Assembly: GCA_038077975.1 (NCBI GenBank)
Contig: JBBUGM010000011.1
Location: 22,038-86,037, forward strand
Direction of reading: 5' to 3'
Origin: Patescibacteria group bacterium
Lineage (GTDB): Bacteria > Patescibacteriota > Minisyncoccia > UBA6257 > 2-01-FULL-56-20
Length of the DNA stretch: 64,000 bases
A program made the translations under genes and the position numbers. Below the pieces are notes generated by a model, which searched no databases, was not told where the DNA came from, and worked only from the letters and a program-made list of their open reading frames with translations. Below, one piece after another: positions 17,274 through 26,582 of the stretch. Numbering within the stretch: position 1 is the first letter of the stretch; each line of letters begins with the position of its first letter.

Positions 17274-19394
17274 CTATCTTCTTTTACCCTCAACAATAAG
17301 TTGGGCTATATTGCCAGGAACTATCTCGTATTTGAAGAATTCCATCACAAACGACCCGCGTCCCTGTGTCATTGAACGCAATTCCGTGGCGTAGCCGAAC
17401 ATTTCGGAGAGCGGCACTAGCGCGTCTATCACTTTTACGCCAATACGGTCGGAAAGCTCTTCGATCCGCGCGCGCTTGGAGTTCAGGTTCCCAGTAACCT
17501 CGCCCAAGAAATCGGGCGGCACGATGACCTGCACTTTCATGATCGGCTCCAGGATTGCGGGTTTCGCGCGCCGCACTGCTTCCTGAAGAGCGATCGAACC
17601 GGCGATTTTGAAAGCCGCCTCCGAAGAGTCAACTTCGTGGAAAGAGCCGTCGTAAAGCGAAACTTCTATGTCGGTCAAGGGGTAGTGCGCAAGGACGCCT
17701 TTGTCCATCGCTTCTTTAACTCCCTTCTCGACTGGAGTAATGAACTCTTGGGGTATGATGCCTCCTTTGATGTCATCGACGAATTCGAATCCTTTGCCGC
17801 GCTCGAGCGGTTTAACCTTAAGCCATACGTGTCCGTACTGCCCGCGACCTCCCGATTGGCGAATGTATTTTCCTTCCGCTTCGGATGTTCCGGTGATCGT
17901 TTCCTTGTAAGCCACCTGCGGCCGGCCAACCGAGGCATCAACGCTAAATTCGCGCTTCATCCTGTCGACGATGATCTCTAGGTGCAATTCACCCATGCCG
18001 GAAATGATGGTCTCTCCGGTGTCGGGGTCACCGGCAACGCGGAATGTCGGGTCTTCCTCTGCTAAGCGGTGCAGAGCCGTACCCATTTTCTCCTGGTCGG
18101 CTTTGGTTTTGGGTTCGATGCGGATGCCGATGACCGGCTCCGGGAACGTGATCTTCTCCAAGACGATCGGATTCGCTGGATCGCAAAGCGTATCCCCTGT
18201 CGTCGTGTTCTTGAGGCCGACTATCGCCGCGATGTCGCCCGCGTAGACCTCTTCAACTTCTTCGCGTTTGTTGGCGTGCATGCGCACAACCCGCCCGATG
18301 CGCTCCTGCTCGCCTTTCGTCGTATTCAAAATATATGAACCGCGCTTCAGCACTCCGGAATAATTTCGGAAAAATGCGAGCGTGCCGACGTACGGGTCCG
18401 TTGCTATCTTGAACGCCAGAGCGGAGAACGGCTGATTGTCGTCCGCGGTACGCGAAAGTTCGGCGCTCGTCTTGGGATCGATGCCTTTAACGGGAGGAAG
18501 ATCTGTTGGAGCCGGAAGATAGTCAACCACGGCATCAAGCACAAGTTGCACTCCCTTGTTTTTCAGAGCCGAACCGCAAAAAACAGGCACGATCTTATTT
18601 TCGAGCACAGCTTTCCGCAAAATTCTTTTCAAATCGTCGAGCGCCGGCTCACTGCCTTCGAGATATTGATGCATTAAGACATCGTCATTTTCGACTATCT
18701 TCTCCAAAAGTTCCCCGTGCCTAAGCTTCACTTCGTCGCTGAATGATTCAGGAATCGGGATTTCAACAATGTGCTCACCGTGTTCGCCCTGAAATTCAAA
18801 TGCTTTCTTTTGAAGCAAGTCGATGACCCCTCTAAAGGCGCCTTCGAGGCCGATCGGGATCTGCACCGGCACAGCATTCGGGGTTAAGCGATCGAGAATG
18901 GATTTATAGCTTTTCTCGAAACTCGCGCCCATGCGGTCGAGCTTGTTGATGAAGCAGATCCTCGGCACAGAGTACTCGTCCGCGTACCTCCAGTTAGTTT
19001 CCGACTGCGGCTCCACCCCGGCGACGCCGTCAAAAACGACAACAGCCCCGTCCAAAACTCGGAGCGAGCGCTTCACTTCAACCGTAAAGTCAATGTGGCC
19101 CGGCGTGTCGATGATATTTATGCGATATTCGTGCTCTTTGCTCTTTGCGCTTTGCTCTTTGCTGAAATATGTCGGCACCCAAAAAGTCGTGGTTGCGGCG
19201 GAGGTGATGGTAATTCCCCTTTCGCGCTCCTGTTCCATCCAGTCCATCACAGTGTCTCCCGTGTGTACTTCACCTATTTTGTGAGAAATTCCTGTATAAA
19301 AAAGCACCCGCTCGGATACGGTGGTTTTTCCGGCATCGATGTGGGCAATGATACCGATATTTCTTACTCTCTCAATTGGATAACTTCTGGGCAT
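17274..19394 (-). CDS. fusA: elongation factor G
   Basis: 706 aa. Motifs [14 protein letters not shown] and NKLDR. Confidence 0.97.
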   Translation of the reverse strand: MPRSYPIERVRNIGIIAHIDAGKTTVSERVLFYTGISHKIGEVHTGDTVMDWMEQERERGITITSAATTTFWVPTYFSKEQSAKSKEHEYRINIIDTPGHIDFTVEVKRSLRVLDGAVVVFDGVAGVEPQSETNWRYADEYSVPRICFINKLDRMGASFEKSYKSILDRLTPNAVPVQIPIGLEGAFRGVIDLLQKKAFEFQGEHGEHIVEIPIPESFSDEVKLRHGELLEKIVENDDVLMHQYLEGSEPALDDLKRILRKAVLENKIVPVFCGSALKNKGVQLVLDAVVDYLPAPTDLPPVKGIDPKTSAELSRTADDNQPFSALAFKIATDPYVGTLAFFRNYSGVLKRGSYILNTTKGEQERIGRVVRMHANKREEVEEVYAGDIAAIVGLKNTTTGDTLCDPANPIVLEKITFPEPVIGIRIEPKTKADQEKMGTALHRLAEEDPTFRVAGDPDTGETIISGMGELHLEIIVDRMKREFSVDASVGRPQVAYKETITGTSEAEGKYIRQSGGRGQYGHVWLKVKPLERGKGFEFVDDIKGGIIPQEFITPVEKGVKEAMDKGVLAHYPLTDIEVSLYDGSFHEVDSSEAAFKIAGSIALQEAVRRAKPAILEPIMKVQVIVPPDFLGEVTGNLNSKRARIEELSDRIGVKVIDALVPLSEMFGYATELRSMTQGRGSFVMEFFKYEIVPGNIAQLIVEGKRR

Positions 19395-19440
19395 ATTAAC
19401 GAGAATAATAACAGCACAAGGCGTGCTTATGCAAAAAGGC

Positions 19441-19929
19441 CTAAATATTCTTCAAAAGCTTTCCCACGCCCTCTAAATATTTCTTCTTTTCTTCATCTGT
19501 CGCTTTAGGATCCCAGTCGACAAATTGCGCCAATTCTCCTTCTACTTTTGCTTTCCCTGCTTCAAGTTCACGCATAGCTTCTTTCTTCTTAGTGTTGCTG
19601 AGTGGGCCATTCAATATTTCATTCTTTAAATTTTCGTAATCAGCTAATGGCTGGACAAAATTGTCGAAGGCCTGCTTTTGGAAAAAGTCATGAAGTTTGC
19701 GCTTGTCTTCGAGCGGAGGCACAACAAGTGCTTTATCCGGCTGCCTCGCGATCCATTCTTTCTCTTCTTCCAGTGTAAAGGCCTCTCTGTCGAACCGCTT
19801 CAAAAAGTTGGTTTTTTGTTTTCGGGCCTTATCGTACTTCCTTCTCTTTGCGCGTTGCGCCTCTTCCGGACTTAATTCAACCTCTTTGGGAAGTTGTTCC
19901 GCGCCGCTTTGTAGTTCGGGTCTTTCCAT
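19441..19929 (-). CDS. hypothetical charged helical protein
   Basis: 162-aa ORF, 5 nt after the preceding ORF and 46 nt before fusA. I recognise no motif. Confidence 0.5.
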   Translation of the reverse strand: MERPELQSGAEQLPKEVELSPEEAQRAKRRKYDKARKQKTNFLKRFDREAFTLEEEKEWIARQPDKALVVPPLEDKRKLHDFFQKQAFDNFVQPLADYENLKNEILNGPLSNTKKKEAMRELEAGKAKVEGELAQFVDWDPKATDEEKKKYLEGVGKLLKNI

Positions 19930-19934
19930 AAATA

Positions 19935-20534
19935 TTATTTAAGATTGCTAAGTCGATCCAAAAGATTTTTTACTTTTGCTCCGTGAAGATTATATAGATC
20001 TTTAACCAAGTATTGCGCTGCCGGACCGCCTAAGTGGAGAAAGTGTAAGACGTCGTTAATGAGAATCAATTTTTCTTGCGGTGTTCTTGCTTGGTCTATT
20101 TTTTTTGCATACTGCAGTGTTTCATAGCTACGATCGTGAGCCAATATTGGTTCTTTGGAATCGCCGTAATATTTATCTATAGCCCAAATAATTTTTGATG
20201 CAATTTCTTCAATTTTCTGTTCCGTTTTTTCGCTGTAAACCTGCGGCCCTGGGGCTTTAAATGTTTGGCTGTCGCGCAATTCCATTAAACTCAATTCAAC
20301 AAGGTCCAAAAATTTAATCATGTTGGCCTCTCTTTCTTCCTCTGCCTCCAACCATTCTCTGCGGCCATACCCCCACTCGTTCGGCCCTAATGGTTTCGAT
20401 AATTCTTCCCTTGCTGCGTTAAACACTTCTTTGTCTGAAAGAGCCAATTGTTTTGCTTCTTCTAATAAAATTTGTCTTGGATCCTCGTGACTTGGGCTTT
20501 CTGAATTTTCTTGTTCGATTGCTTCCTTTTTCAT
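19935..20534 (-). CDS. hypothetical acidic protein
   Basis: 199-aa ORF starting 12 nt after the rpsG stop. I recognise no motif. Confidence 0.5.
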   Translation of the reverse strand: MKKEAIEQENSESPSHEDPRQILLEEAKQLALSDKEVFNAAREELSKPLGPNEWGYGRREWLEAEEEREANMIKFLDLVELSLMELRDSQTFKAPGPQVYSEKTEQKIEEIASKIIWAIDKYYGDSKEPILAHDRSYETLQYAKKIDQARTPQEKLILINDVLHFLHLGGPAAQYLVKDLYNLHGAKVKNLLDRLSNLK

Positions 20535-20546
20535 GGCTATACGCGT

Positions 20547-21014
20547 TTATCTAGCGAAATGAGCAAAGGCGCGGTTGGCTTCGGCCATGCGATGCATATC
20601 CTGCTTCTTTTTTATCGCCGCGCCTTCATTCTTTGCCGCCGCGAGGAGTTCCTCGGCCAATTTCTCGGCCATCGGCTTGCCTTTCTTCGCGCGCGCCGCG
20701 CCGATTATCCAGCGCAGAGCAAGCATAAATTTGCGCTCCGGCCGCACTTCGCGTGGGATCTGATAGTTCGCGCCGCCAACACGCCTTGAGGCGACTTCAA
20801 GCATAGGCGAAGCGTTCTCGAGCGCTTTTTCGAAAACTTTGAGCGGCTCTTCTTTCGAAACTTTTTTGATGTGCTCCAAAGCGTCATACACAACTCTTTC
20901 GGCCACGGACTTCTTGCCGTCACGCATTACGTAGTTAATAAGCCGGCCGAGCTCGATGCGGTCGTGAATAATATCTGCTTCGTAATGTTTTCTGTAAACT
21001 CGTTTTTTACGCAT
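20547..21014 (-). CDS. rpsG: 30S ribosomal protein S7
   Basis: 155 aa with GKKSVAERVVYDAL and VEVASRRVGGANYQIP. Confidence 0.95.
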   Translation of the reverse strand: MRKKRVYRKHYEADIIHDRIELGRLINYVMRDGKKSVAERVVYDALEHIKKVSKEEPLKVFEKALENASPMLEVASRRVGGANYQIPREVRPERKFMLALRWIIGAARAKKGKPMAEKLAEELLAAAKNEGAAIKKKQDMHRMAEANRAFAHFAR

Positions 21015-21079
21015 TGCCGTTTTTGTCTAAATTTTAGAGTCCGTTAGTGGCGAATAAAATTTAGCCACAAAAACGAGTA

Positions 21080-21178
21080 CCCCGCCCTCTAGGCACATGG
21101 ACCGAAGGTTAACTGTATTGAAGTTTTGAAAATTTATTTTCATGGATTTCTTTATAAGCGATAGCTTAGAGGGCGGGG
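21080..21178. repeat. long-range hairpin in the rpsL-rpsG spacer
   Basis: CCCCGCCCTCTA (21080-21091) pairs with TAGAGGGCGGGG (21167-21178). Same stem core as 5344-5453. Confidence 0.8.
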
Positions 21179-21225
21179 AACTTCGCCCACGGCAACCGCT
21201 CGCTACTCTCGCGGGCGCGTGGCGG

Positions 21226-21636
21226 TTACTTAGGTCTTTTTGTCCCATACTTCGACCTCTGCTGCTTCCTACCTTCAACCCCTGTCGTATCCATCACGCC
21301 GCGGACGACGTGGTAACGCACGCCCGGAAGGTCTTTAACGCGCCCGCCGCGAATGACAACGATCGAGTGCTCTTGCAAGGCGTGGCCTTCGCCGGGGATA
21401 TAAGCGGTTACCTCCATGCCGTTCGTAAGCCGCACGCGGCAAACTTTGCGGAGCGCGGAGTTCGGCTTCTTCGGAGTCGTGGTAAATACTTTAAGACACA
21501 CTCCTCTTTTAAAGGGCGAAGGCGAATCCACTGGCCGATTTTTGATGGTATTAAAATAGTACGACAAAGCCGGCGATTTCGTTTTCGCCTTAACGACTTT
21601 TCGTCCTTTTTTAATTAACTGACTGACTGTGGGCAT
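21226..21636 (-). CDS. rpsL: 30S ribosomal protein S12
   Basis: [12 protein letters not shown] start (M51 of the listed ORF) and [11 protein letters not shown] core. Confidence 0.95.
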   Translation of the reverse strand: MPTVSQLIKKGRKVVKAKTKSPALSYYFNTIKNRPVDSPSPFKRGVCLKVFTTTPKKPNSALRKVCRVRLTNGMEVTAYIPGEGHALQEHSIVVIRGGRVKDLPGVRYHVVRGVMDTTGVEGRKQQRSKYGTKRPK

Positions 21637-21733
21637 ATCGAGAATATAGAATAGAGAATATAGTAGAAACATGCAAGTCGTGCACACTAGATGATACCAA
21701 AGAAAATGCTGGCTGACTAGGTCAGTCGGCGAT

Positions 21734-21765
21734 AAAAAGTGTGGGGGCAGAACGTGTCTGCCCCC
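21734..21765 (-). terminator. intrinsic terminator after the 102-aa ORF
   Basis: GGGGGCAGA-CACGT-TCTGCCCCC then ACACTTTTT. Confidence 0.6.
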
Positions 21766-21772
21766 GTTAGTT

Positions 21773-22081
21773 TCAGCGGTTGGCATACCCCACAGAAGGC
21801 GGGGTATACACTTCTCTTCCTTCGGCCGTGGACTGTTGCACCTCCCGCACTTTCACGCACTCGCCAATGTCGAACGAATACGCGGTACAGGTCGAATGGA
21901 TACAGCCGTGCTCCGTGCTGACTTCTCTTGCCGTGAGCAGGTGCGGACCAGTGTTCCGCTCTGCCACGTAAAGGTCGCCGGACCGGATTTCACCCTCGTC
22001 CATCTCGAGCAAGATGCCGCCGAAGTCGACGACCGCTCCACTCCGAAGGGCTTTCAATGTGCGATACTCTCTTCCGAACAT
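21773..22081 (-). CDS. hypothetical protein
   Basis: 102-aa ORF. Strong RBS AAAGGAGG sits 5 nt before the ATG. A hairpin plus T-run at 21734-21765 follows the stop. Confidence 0.45.
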   Translation of the reverse strand: MFGREYRTLKALRSGAVVDFGGILLEMDEGEIRSGDLYVAERNTGPHLLTAREVSTEHGCIHSTCTAYSFDIGECVKVREVQQSTAEGREVYTPPSVGYANR

Positions 22082-22141
22082 CGGGGCCTCCTTTCCTCGA
22101 ATTTACATCTCTTAAAAGTATAGCACAAAAAAGAATCATTG

Positions 22142-22774
22142 TCAAACATCAAACTGCTGGCCAGTGATGGCAAGAAAAAGCAGGTCAATGATTGGAAGCA
22201 AAAATCGGAAAAATCCGGAGAAAACTAAGAGAAAAACAATGAACATTCCGTACCGCTCGAGCCAGATGAAAGCTCTTATTGTCGATTCCGTTTTGGGCAG
22301 AACCGCGAAAAGAACTTTAGAGCCGTCGAGGGGCGGGATGGGAACAAGATTGAAAATTGCAAGCAAAATATTTATAAAAACTATCATTCCGAAAAGCATG
22401 GCCAAGAAACTGGAAAGTAGGCCCGCGACGGCAAACAGCCGAATGAATGTTCCGAAAACTAGCGCGATGACTAAATTCGAAATCGGCCCGGCCACGGCTA
22501 TCTTCGCTCCCCCGCCGACCGGATCTTTCAAGTTGCGCGGATTGTACGGCACTGGCTTCGCCCAGCCGAAAACGATGCCGGCTGTTAAAGATAGTATGAG
22601 CGGCAAAAGGAACGAGCCGAAAAAATCGAGGTGCTTCAGCGGATTCAAAGTCAGCCGCCCCGCGAGCCGCGCCGTCTGGTCACCTAAATATTCCGCAATA
22701 TAACCGTGCGACACCTCATGAATAACGACTGAAAGAATTAGTATGATGAGTTGAAAAATGAGAAGTTCAGGCAT
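22142..22774 (-). CDS. site-2 protease family (M50) membrane metalloprotease
   Basis: HEVSHG (HExxH) lies in the first TM segment. Multi-TM protein. Start at MPELLIF. Confidence 0.75.
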   Translation of the reverse strand: MPELLIFQLIILILSVVIHEVSHGYIAEYLGDQTARLAGRLTLNPLKHLDFFGSFLLPLILSLTAGIVFGWAKPVPYNPRNLKDPVGGGAKIAVAGPISNLVIALVFGTFIRLFAVAGLLSSFLAMLFGMIVFINILLAIFNLVPIPPLDGSKVLFAVLPKTESTIRAFIWLERYGMFIVFLLVFSGFFRFLLPIIDLLFLAITGQQFDV

Positions 22775-22862
22775 CGATCCTAGTTTAACAACAAATCCAT
22801 TTGACACATAATACAGTACTTTGCTAATCTCTATGCAGGATTCCACTTAAAAAGGAGTTTAA

Positions 22863-23441
22863 ATGAAGCGAATCGTCATTAGCGTATTGCTTGCAATCAG
22901 CTTGCTTCTGTCAACTTGCTTGGTTAACGCGCAAACCACCAAATTGAGAATTCCCCAATATGCGCAAATCAAAAACTCAGTCATTCCGCCAATTGAATCG
23001 TGGCAGTTCAAGAAACGCGGAGAACTCTTCTTTGGATATAAACTTAAGCTTTTCAAATTAATCCCAGTCACGGGGACAAAGAAAGTGGTAACTTTTGGAG
23101 AAATATTGACCTTCAAAGACCCCGCAACGAAACAAAAGGGGCTTATCTTTACCAACGCAGAAGGTATTCCTGTCTTCAAGGTGTGGGGCAAGAAAGGACA
23201 AGAATTCGCCGCGATTCGTATCCGCACTCAAAGAGTCGAAACTGACGGCACTGTGTCTGATACCGAAGACATCTGGCGTTCGGGCAGCTATGCGTTGGTA
23301 ACTGCAGAATACATGCGGGATCCTCTCCGCTACAAGATAACCCTTACCGACAGCGATCTCGGATTTAGATTTTCAGTTGAACTTCCGGGCAAGTGTCTCG
23401 ATTCTCGAATTGTGCATTTTTGCGAATCCGTTCAGCTATAG
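22863..23441 (+). CDS. hypothetical secreted protein
   Basis: 192 aa with signal peptide MKRIVISVLLAISLLLSTCLVNAQ. The terminator overlaps the stop codon. Confidence 0.6.
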   Translation: MKRIVISVLLAISLLLSTCLVNAQTTKLRIPQYAQIKNSVIPPIESWQFKKRGELFFGYKLKLFKLIPVTGTKKVVTFGEILTFKDPATKQKGLIFTNAEGIPVFKVWGKKGQEFAAIRIRTQRVETDGTVSDTEDIWRSGSYALVTAEYMRDPLRYKITLTDSDLGFRFSVELPGKCLDSRIVHFCESVQL

Positions 23442-23457
23442 CTGGACGGATTTTTTT
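23426..23457 (+). terminator. intrinsic terminator
   Basis: ATCCGTTCAGC-TATA-GCTGGACGGAT plus T7. Confidence 0.8.
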
Positions 23458-23613
23458 GCGAAAATTCAAAAATTTATTTACTATAAAAACACAAGCGCCC
23501 TCGTGGTATAATGGACCCCGATAGTAGAAATTGCGAAAGCCTCCGGCTATAGTTATAAGTCGCAATTTCACTACGGGGCAAGTATCACGACCAGGCTTTT
23601 TACCCCGTAAATT

Positions 23614-23685
23614 GCCTCCGTAGTCTAATGGATAAAACGCGAGCCTTCGAAGCTCGATTTGGGGGTTCGAATCCCTCCGGGGGCA
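23614..23685 (+). tRNA. tRNA-Arg (anticodon TCG)
   Basis: Hand-folded cloverleaf. Acceptor GCCTCCG/CGGGGGC, anticodon arm CGAGC-CTTCGAA-GCTCG, T loop TTCGAAT. CCA is encoded at 23686-23688. Confidence 0.9.
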
Positions 23686-23702
23686 CCAAAACAAGGTGAA
23701 AA

Positions 23703-23730
23703 CCAGCGCTACACCATGGTGTAGCGCTGG
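23703..23730. terminator. bidirectional terminator (28-nt perfect palindrome)
   Basis: CCAGCGCTACACCATGGTGTAGCGCTGG, flanked by an A-run and a T-run. Lies between tRNA-Arg and the convergent 607-aa gene. Confidence 0.75.
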
Positions 23731-23767
23731 TAGTTTTGTTGCAAAAGAAGTTTTAAAAGGCGGATTT

Positions 23768-25591
23768 TTAAAACGGCAATAGCGGTCTGAAGACCTCGAG
23801 AAGATTTCCTCCGCCCGACTGGAGCGCATAGCACTTCTTGATCGCCTCGAGCACTTCCGGAGACGGCGGCTGATACTGTAAACTTCTCACCACTTCTTCG
23901 CTTAAAGAATTCTTAAGGCAGGAAATGACTTCGGGCGGAAAGGACGGCAGCGACGCCGGTTCAATGTTTTCCGACTTGCAACCGTAATATACTCCGCATT
24001 CGGGAGATTCGAACACGACAAACTTGTTCTGTCCGGGCGGGCATTCATTTACTGTAGGCATTGCCGGGCAAATACTGCCGGGAGATGGCAGTACACCGCC
24101 GCCGCTTGGCGGTTGAACTCCTGCTCCTGTTCCGGATTCATAGAAACACCGCTTAACCGCCTCGGCGAATTTCTCCCCCGAGATCGTGCCTGCTTTCAGT
24201 TGCTCTAAAACCCCTTCTCCTAAAACACGCTTCGCACAGCTTAAAACATCCGGCGGCAAGTTCTCGAAACCAAACTCTCCCGGTGCGCCGCCAGGCAACA
24301 CGCCACCCTCGCGCGGCGGAGCAAACTGTTCAAAACAAGAGCGGATATTGTCGCCAAGCTCAAGCGTCGGAGCTATTTTGCCCTCGCGAATCGCATCGAA
24401 ATCAACTCCAACCTTCACGCGGATGCAATTTAACACCTCTTGCGGCGCACCTTCAAAAACCTCTCCGGGAATTCCTCCCTGGCCAAACCTTTCGAAACAT
24501 TCGTGAACCTTCGTGCCGATTGCGGGGCCGGGAACAAGCGTACCGGCTTCAATTTCTGTAATGATGTTTGGACCGAGAGAGGATTTAAGGCAAGCGACAA
24601 CTTCTTCCGGCGCCTGCTCTAGTCCAATTCGCAAACTGGCAACCCCTTCTTTGAGGTGACGCAGTTCTTCCTCCGGCACTAAACCGTATTCTTGCGCGAA
24701 TTTGAAACAATCTTCCTGGTGCTCCGGCGTGTTGCAATACGCTTCACATTCGCGCGGACCGCGGCAGCCGCCTGGGCCCATGCCGCCGGTCTTGCGGATC
24801 AATGCCGCCTGTTCCGGAGGAATAAGGCCGACTTTCTCGCCGAAAGAAACACATTCTTCAAAATGATCTGGGTTTTGGCAGTACGACTCACATTCATTCT
24901 TAGATCTGCAACCACCCGGCGTCTCGCCTTTTTTAGCGAGTTCCAAGAACTTCTGGAACTGACCGGGAGGAATGTTCCCCTCTCCGCCATGCGTTATCGC
25001 GAGTCCGGCTTTCTCGGCGAAAGCGAAACACTCTTCGGCATGGTCAAAGTTACTGCAGTACGCTTCACAGGATTCCTTCGAATTACAGCCGCCGGGCATT
25101 TGGCCGCCGGAACGAATGTAGCTCAAAACTTTCCTGCCTTCGGCAACGTTTTCATCCTTTACCCCGTTCTTTTCCGCAAAAGCAATGCATTCTTCGATGT
25201 GTTCGGTATTGGAACAATAAGTATTACATTCGCGCGGAGATCTGCAGCCGCCGGGACCTCCGGCCTCCAGCCGGTCTCTGAACTTCCTTGCGAACCCGGC
25301 TTCTTCTTGACTCATCAAACCGTGCGCTTCGGCAAATGCGATACATGCCTCCATGTTTTCCGGCTGCTCGCAATAGGATTTACATTCGGATTTGTCTCGA
25401 CAGCCGCCAAGCTCAGCGACAGGGAAAACAATGCCGGCTTCGTCGATTTCCGCTTCCGTCGGCTCCGGCCCGCCTTGACTCGCGCTCGGCGAGGCAGGCT
25501 CCTCGGCAAAAGCAACGATGGCAAAACTAATAAGAAGCGCCGCAGTTAAAACGGATGCAACTAAAATAAATTTGGTTTCTATTCGCGGCAT
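23768..25591 (-). CDS. secreted Cys-rich tandem-repeat protein
   Basis: 607 aa with an N-terminal TM/signal segment. Five copies of GGC-x5-C-x3-C-x8-C-x2-FAE. Followed by four copies of a second single/double-Cys module. Confidence 0.7.
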   Translation of the reverse strand: MPRIETKFILVASVLTAALLISFAIVAFAEEPASPSASQGGPEPTEAEIDEAGIVFPVAELGGCRDKSECKSYCEQPENMEACIAFAEAHGLMSQEEAGFARKFRDRLEAGGPGGCRSPRECNTYCSNTEHIEECIAFAEKNGVKDENVAEGRKVLSYIRSGGQMPGGCNSKESCEAYCSNFDHAEECFAFAEKAGLAITHGGEGNIPPGQFQKFLELAKKGETPGGCRSKNECESYCQNPDHFEECVSFGEKVGLIPPEQAALIRKTGGMGPGGCRGPRECEAYCNTPEHQEDCFKFAQEYGLVPEEELRHLKEGVASLRIGLEQAPEEVVACLKSSLGPNIITEIEAGTLVPGPAIGTKVHECFERFGQGGIPGEVFEGAPQEVLNCIRVKVGVDFDAIREGKIAPTLELGDNIRSCFEQFAPPREGGVLPGGAPGEFGFENLPPDVLSCAKRVLGEGVLEQLKAGTISGEKFAEAVKRCFYESGTGAGVQPPSGGGVLPSPGSICPAMPTVNECPPGQNKFVVFESPECGVYYGCKSENIEPASLPSFPPEVISCLKNSLSEEVVRSLQYQPPSPEVLEAIKKCYALQSGGGNLLEVFRPLLPF

Positions 25592-25618
25592 TCGAATGTA
25601 TTTGTAGTTTCGGATCGC
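25587..25618 (-). repeat. 32-nt MPR motif copy (supplies the start codon of the 607-aa gene)
   Basis: GGCATTCGAATGTATTTGTAGTTTCGGATCGC. Compare 8646-8677 and 39163-39194. Confidence 0.8.
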
Positions 25619-25620
25619 GG

Positions 25621-25869
25621 TTACTCGAATGGATTTTTATATAGCCCCTCGATCGGATTCACGTCTGGCGCGACCGCAGGCAATGCATTTTTGAGAGGAT
25701 TTTGTGCTTCCTCCGCAAGTTGCGCGCCCAAGCTCGCCGGCCCATCAAACTCGCCGACCGGAGTTTCAATAACCGGGGAGACACCGCGCAAAACAAAAAA
25801 CCAGTATGCAAAACCGGCTAAGAGAATAAGAACTGCGATCAAGATAATTAAACGTTCTTTGTGCGCCAT
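25621..25869 (-). CDS. small membrane-anchored protein
   Basis: 82 aa with one TM segment (LIILIAVLILLAGFAYWFFVL). Confidence 0.5.
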   Translation of the reverse strand: MAHKERLIILIAVLILLAGFAYWFFVLRGVSPVIETPVGEFDGPASLGAQLAEEAQNPLKNALPAVAPDVNPIEGLYKNPFE

Positions 25870-25944
25870 ACCTTATTGAAATTATAGCAAAATGGCGCTA
25901 AAGTAGTTTGTGAATCCCGCCCATAGCTTCCGCCTTCGCATAAT

Positions 25945-26017
25945 GCCCCGTTAGCTCAGCTGGTAGAGCTGCTCCCTCTTAAGGAGAAGGTCGCAGGTTC
26001 GAATCCTGCACGGGGCA
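25945..26017 (+). tRNA. tRNA-Lys (anticodon CTT)
   Basis: Acceptor GCCCCGT/ACGGGGC, D arm GCTC..GAGC, anticodon loop CTCTTAA, T loop TTCGAAT. CCA is encoded. Confidence 0.9.
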
Positions 26018-26036
26018 CCAAGATTAAACTTTCAGA

Positions 26037-26090
26037 TTTTTGGCCGACGAGATTGGCCGCGCTTCGCGCGGCTGAATCGGTCGGGCAAAA
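26037..26090. terminator. long hairpin after tRNA-Lys, flanked by T5 and A5
   Basis: Core GCCGCGC-TTC-GCGCGGC with imperfect outer pairing. Confidence 0.5.
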
Positions 26091-26109
26091 ATCGGAAAGT
26101 TTGATATTG

Positions 26110-26283
26110 GTGGAATTATACAACTCTGCTCGAACATTTTTTGAACGAAACTGACCGCCTCCGCTTACCGCCTGCGCCGAGGCTTCGGCGGGCAGGCGCT
26201 CCGGCGGAACGCTCGGGCGTGGCGGAATCCCCCCGCCCCCCTTCCGCCGCGCCCTCGCGGGAGGCCAAAATTTTTCGCCGCTA
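26110..26283. repeat. left arm of a long inverted repeat (174 bp)
   Basis: Reverse complement of 27593-27759, with 2 substitutions and one 7-nt indel block. Confidence 0.9.
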
Positions 26284-26308
26284 ATTCAATTAAGAAAAGA
26301 TTTACCAT

Positions 26309-26328
26309 AGTTATATTATAGTATAACT
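26309..26328 (+). promoter_or_regulatory. candidate operator AGTTATA-N6-TATAACT upstream of the XRE gene
   Basis: 7-6-7 inverted repeat, 44 nt before the XRE ATG. Confidence 0.35.
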
Positions 26329-26371
26329 GTTGTCCGACAAAACAACAAGTGGTAAACTGTGAATAAGGAAT

Positions 26372-26578
26372 ATGCAGGAAATATCTAAAAAGTTAGGTGA
26401 GAACTTGAAAAAAGTTCGCGCTAAGAAAAAATTGTCGCAAGGCGCACTGGCACGTCTTTTAGAGGTGGATAAGGGTTATATAAGCAACATTGAGAGCGGA
26501 AATAAGAATCCTACACTTGCGACAATTCAAAGATTGGCGGACGCGCTTGGCGTGTCGGCCGATGAGTTAATAAAATAA
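26372..26578 (+). CDS. XRE-family helix-turn-helix transcriptional regulator
   Basis: 68 aa. LSQGALARLLEVDKGYISNIESGNKNPTLATIQRLADALGV is a classic HTH_3 pattern. Confidence 0.85.
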   Translation: MQEISKKLGENLKKVRAKKKLSQGALARLLEVDKGYISNIESGNKNPTLATIQRLADALGVSADELIK

Positions 26579-26582
26579 ATTT

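Noticed and set aside
21637-21786. N-terminal extensions of rpsL. The same issue applies to rplV 10941-10997, rplB 12259-12309, rpsE 5274-5333, rplN 8587-8607 and rplD 13320-13346.
   Set aside because: The canonical conserved N-termini start at internal Met codons. The extensions are read-through into intergenic repeat elements.
23365-23829. 154-aa minus-strand ORF.
   Set aside because: It runs straight through tRNA-Arg(TCG) and a bidirectional terminator, and reads tRNA-derived sequence (RRDSNPQ).
24692-25549. 285-aa plus-strand ORF, and several shorter ones, inside the Cys-rich repeat gene.
   Set aside because: They are antisense to a repeat-structured ORF that has a signal peptide. The periodic repeats keep the opposite frame open by chance.
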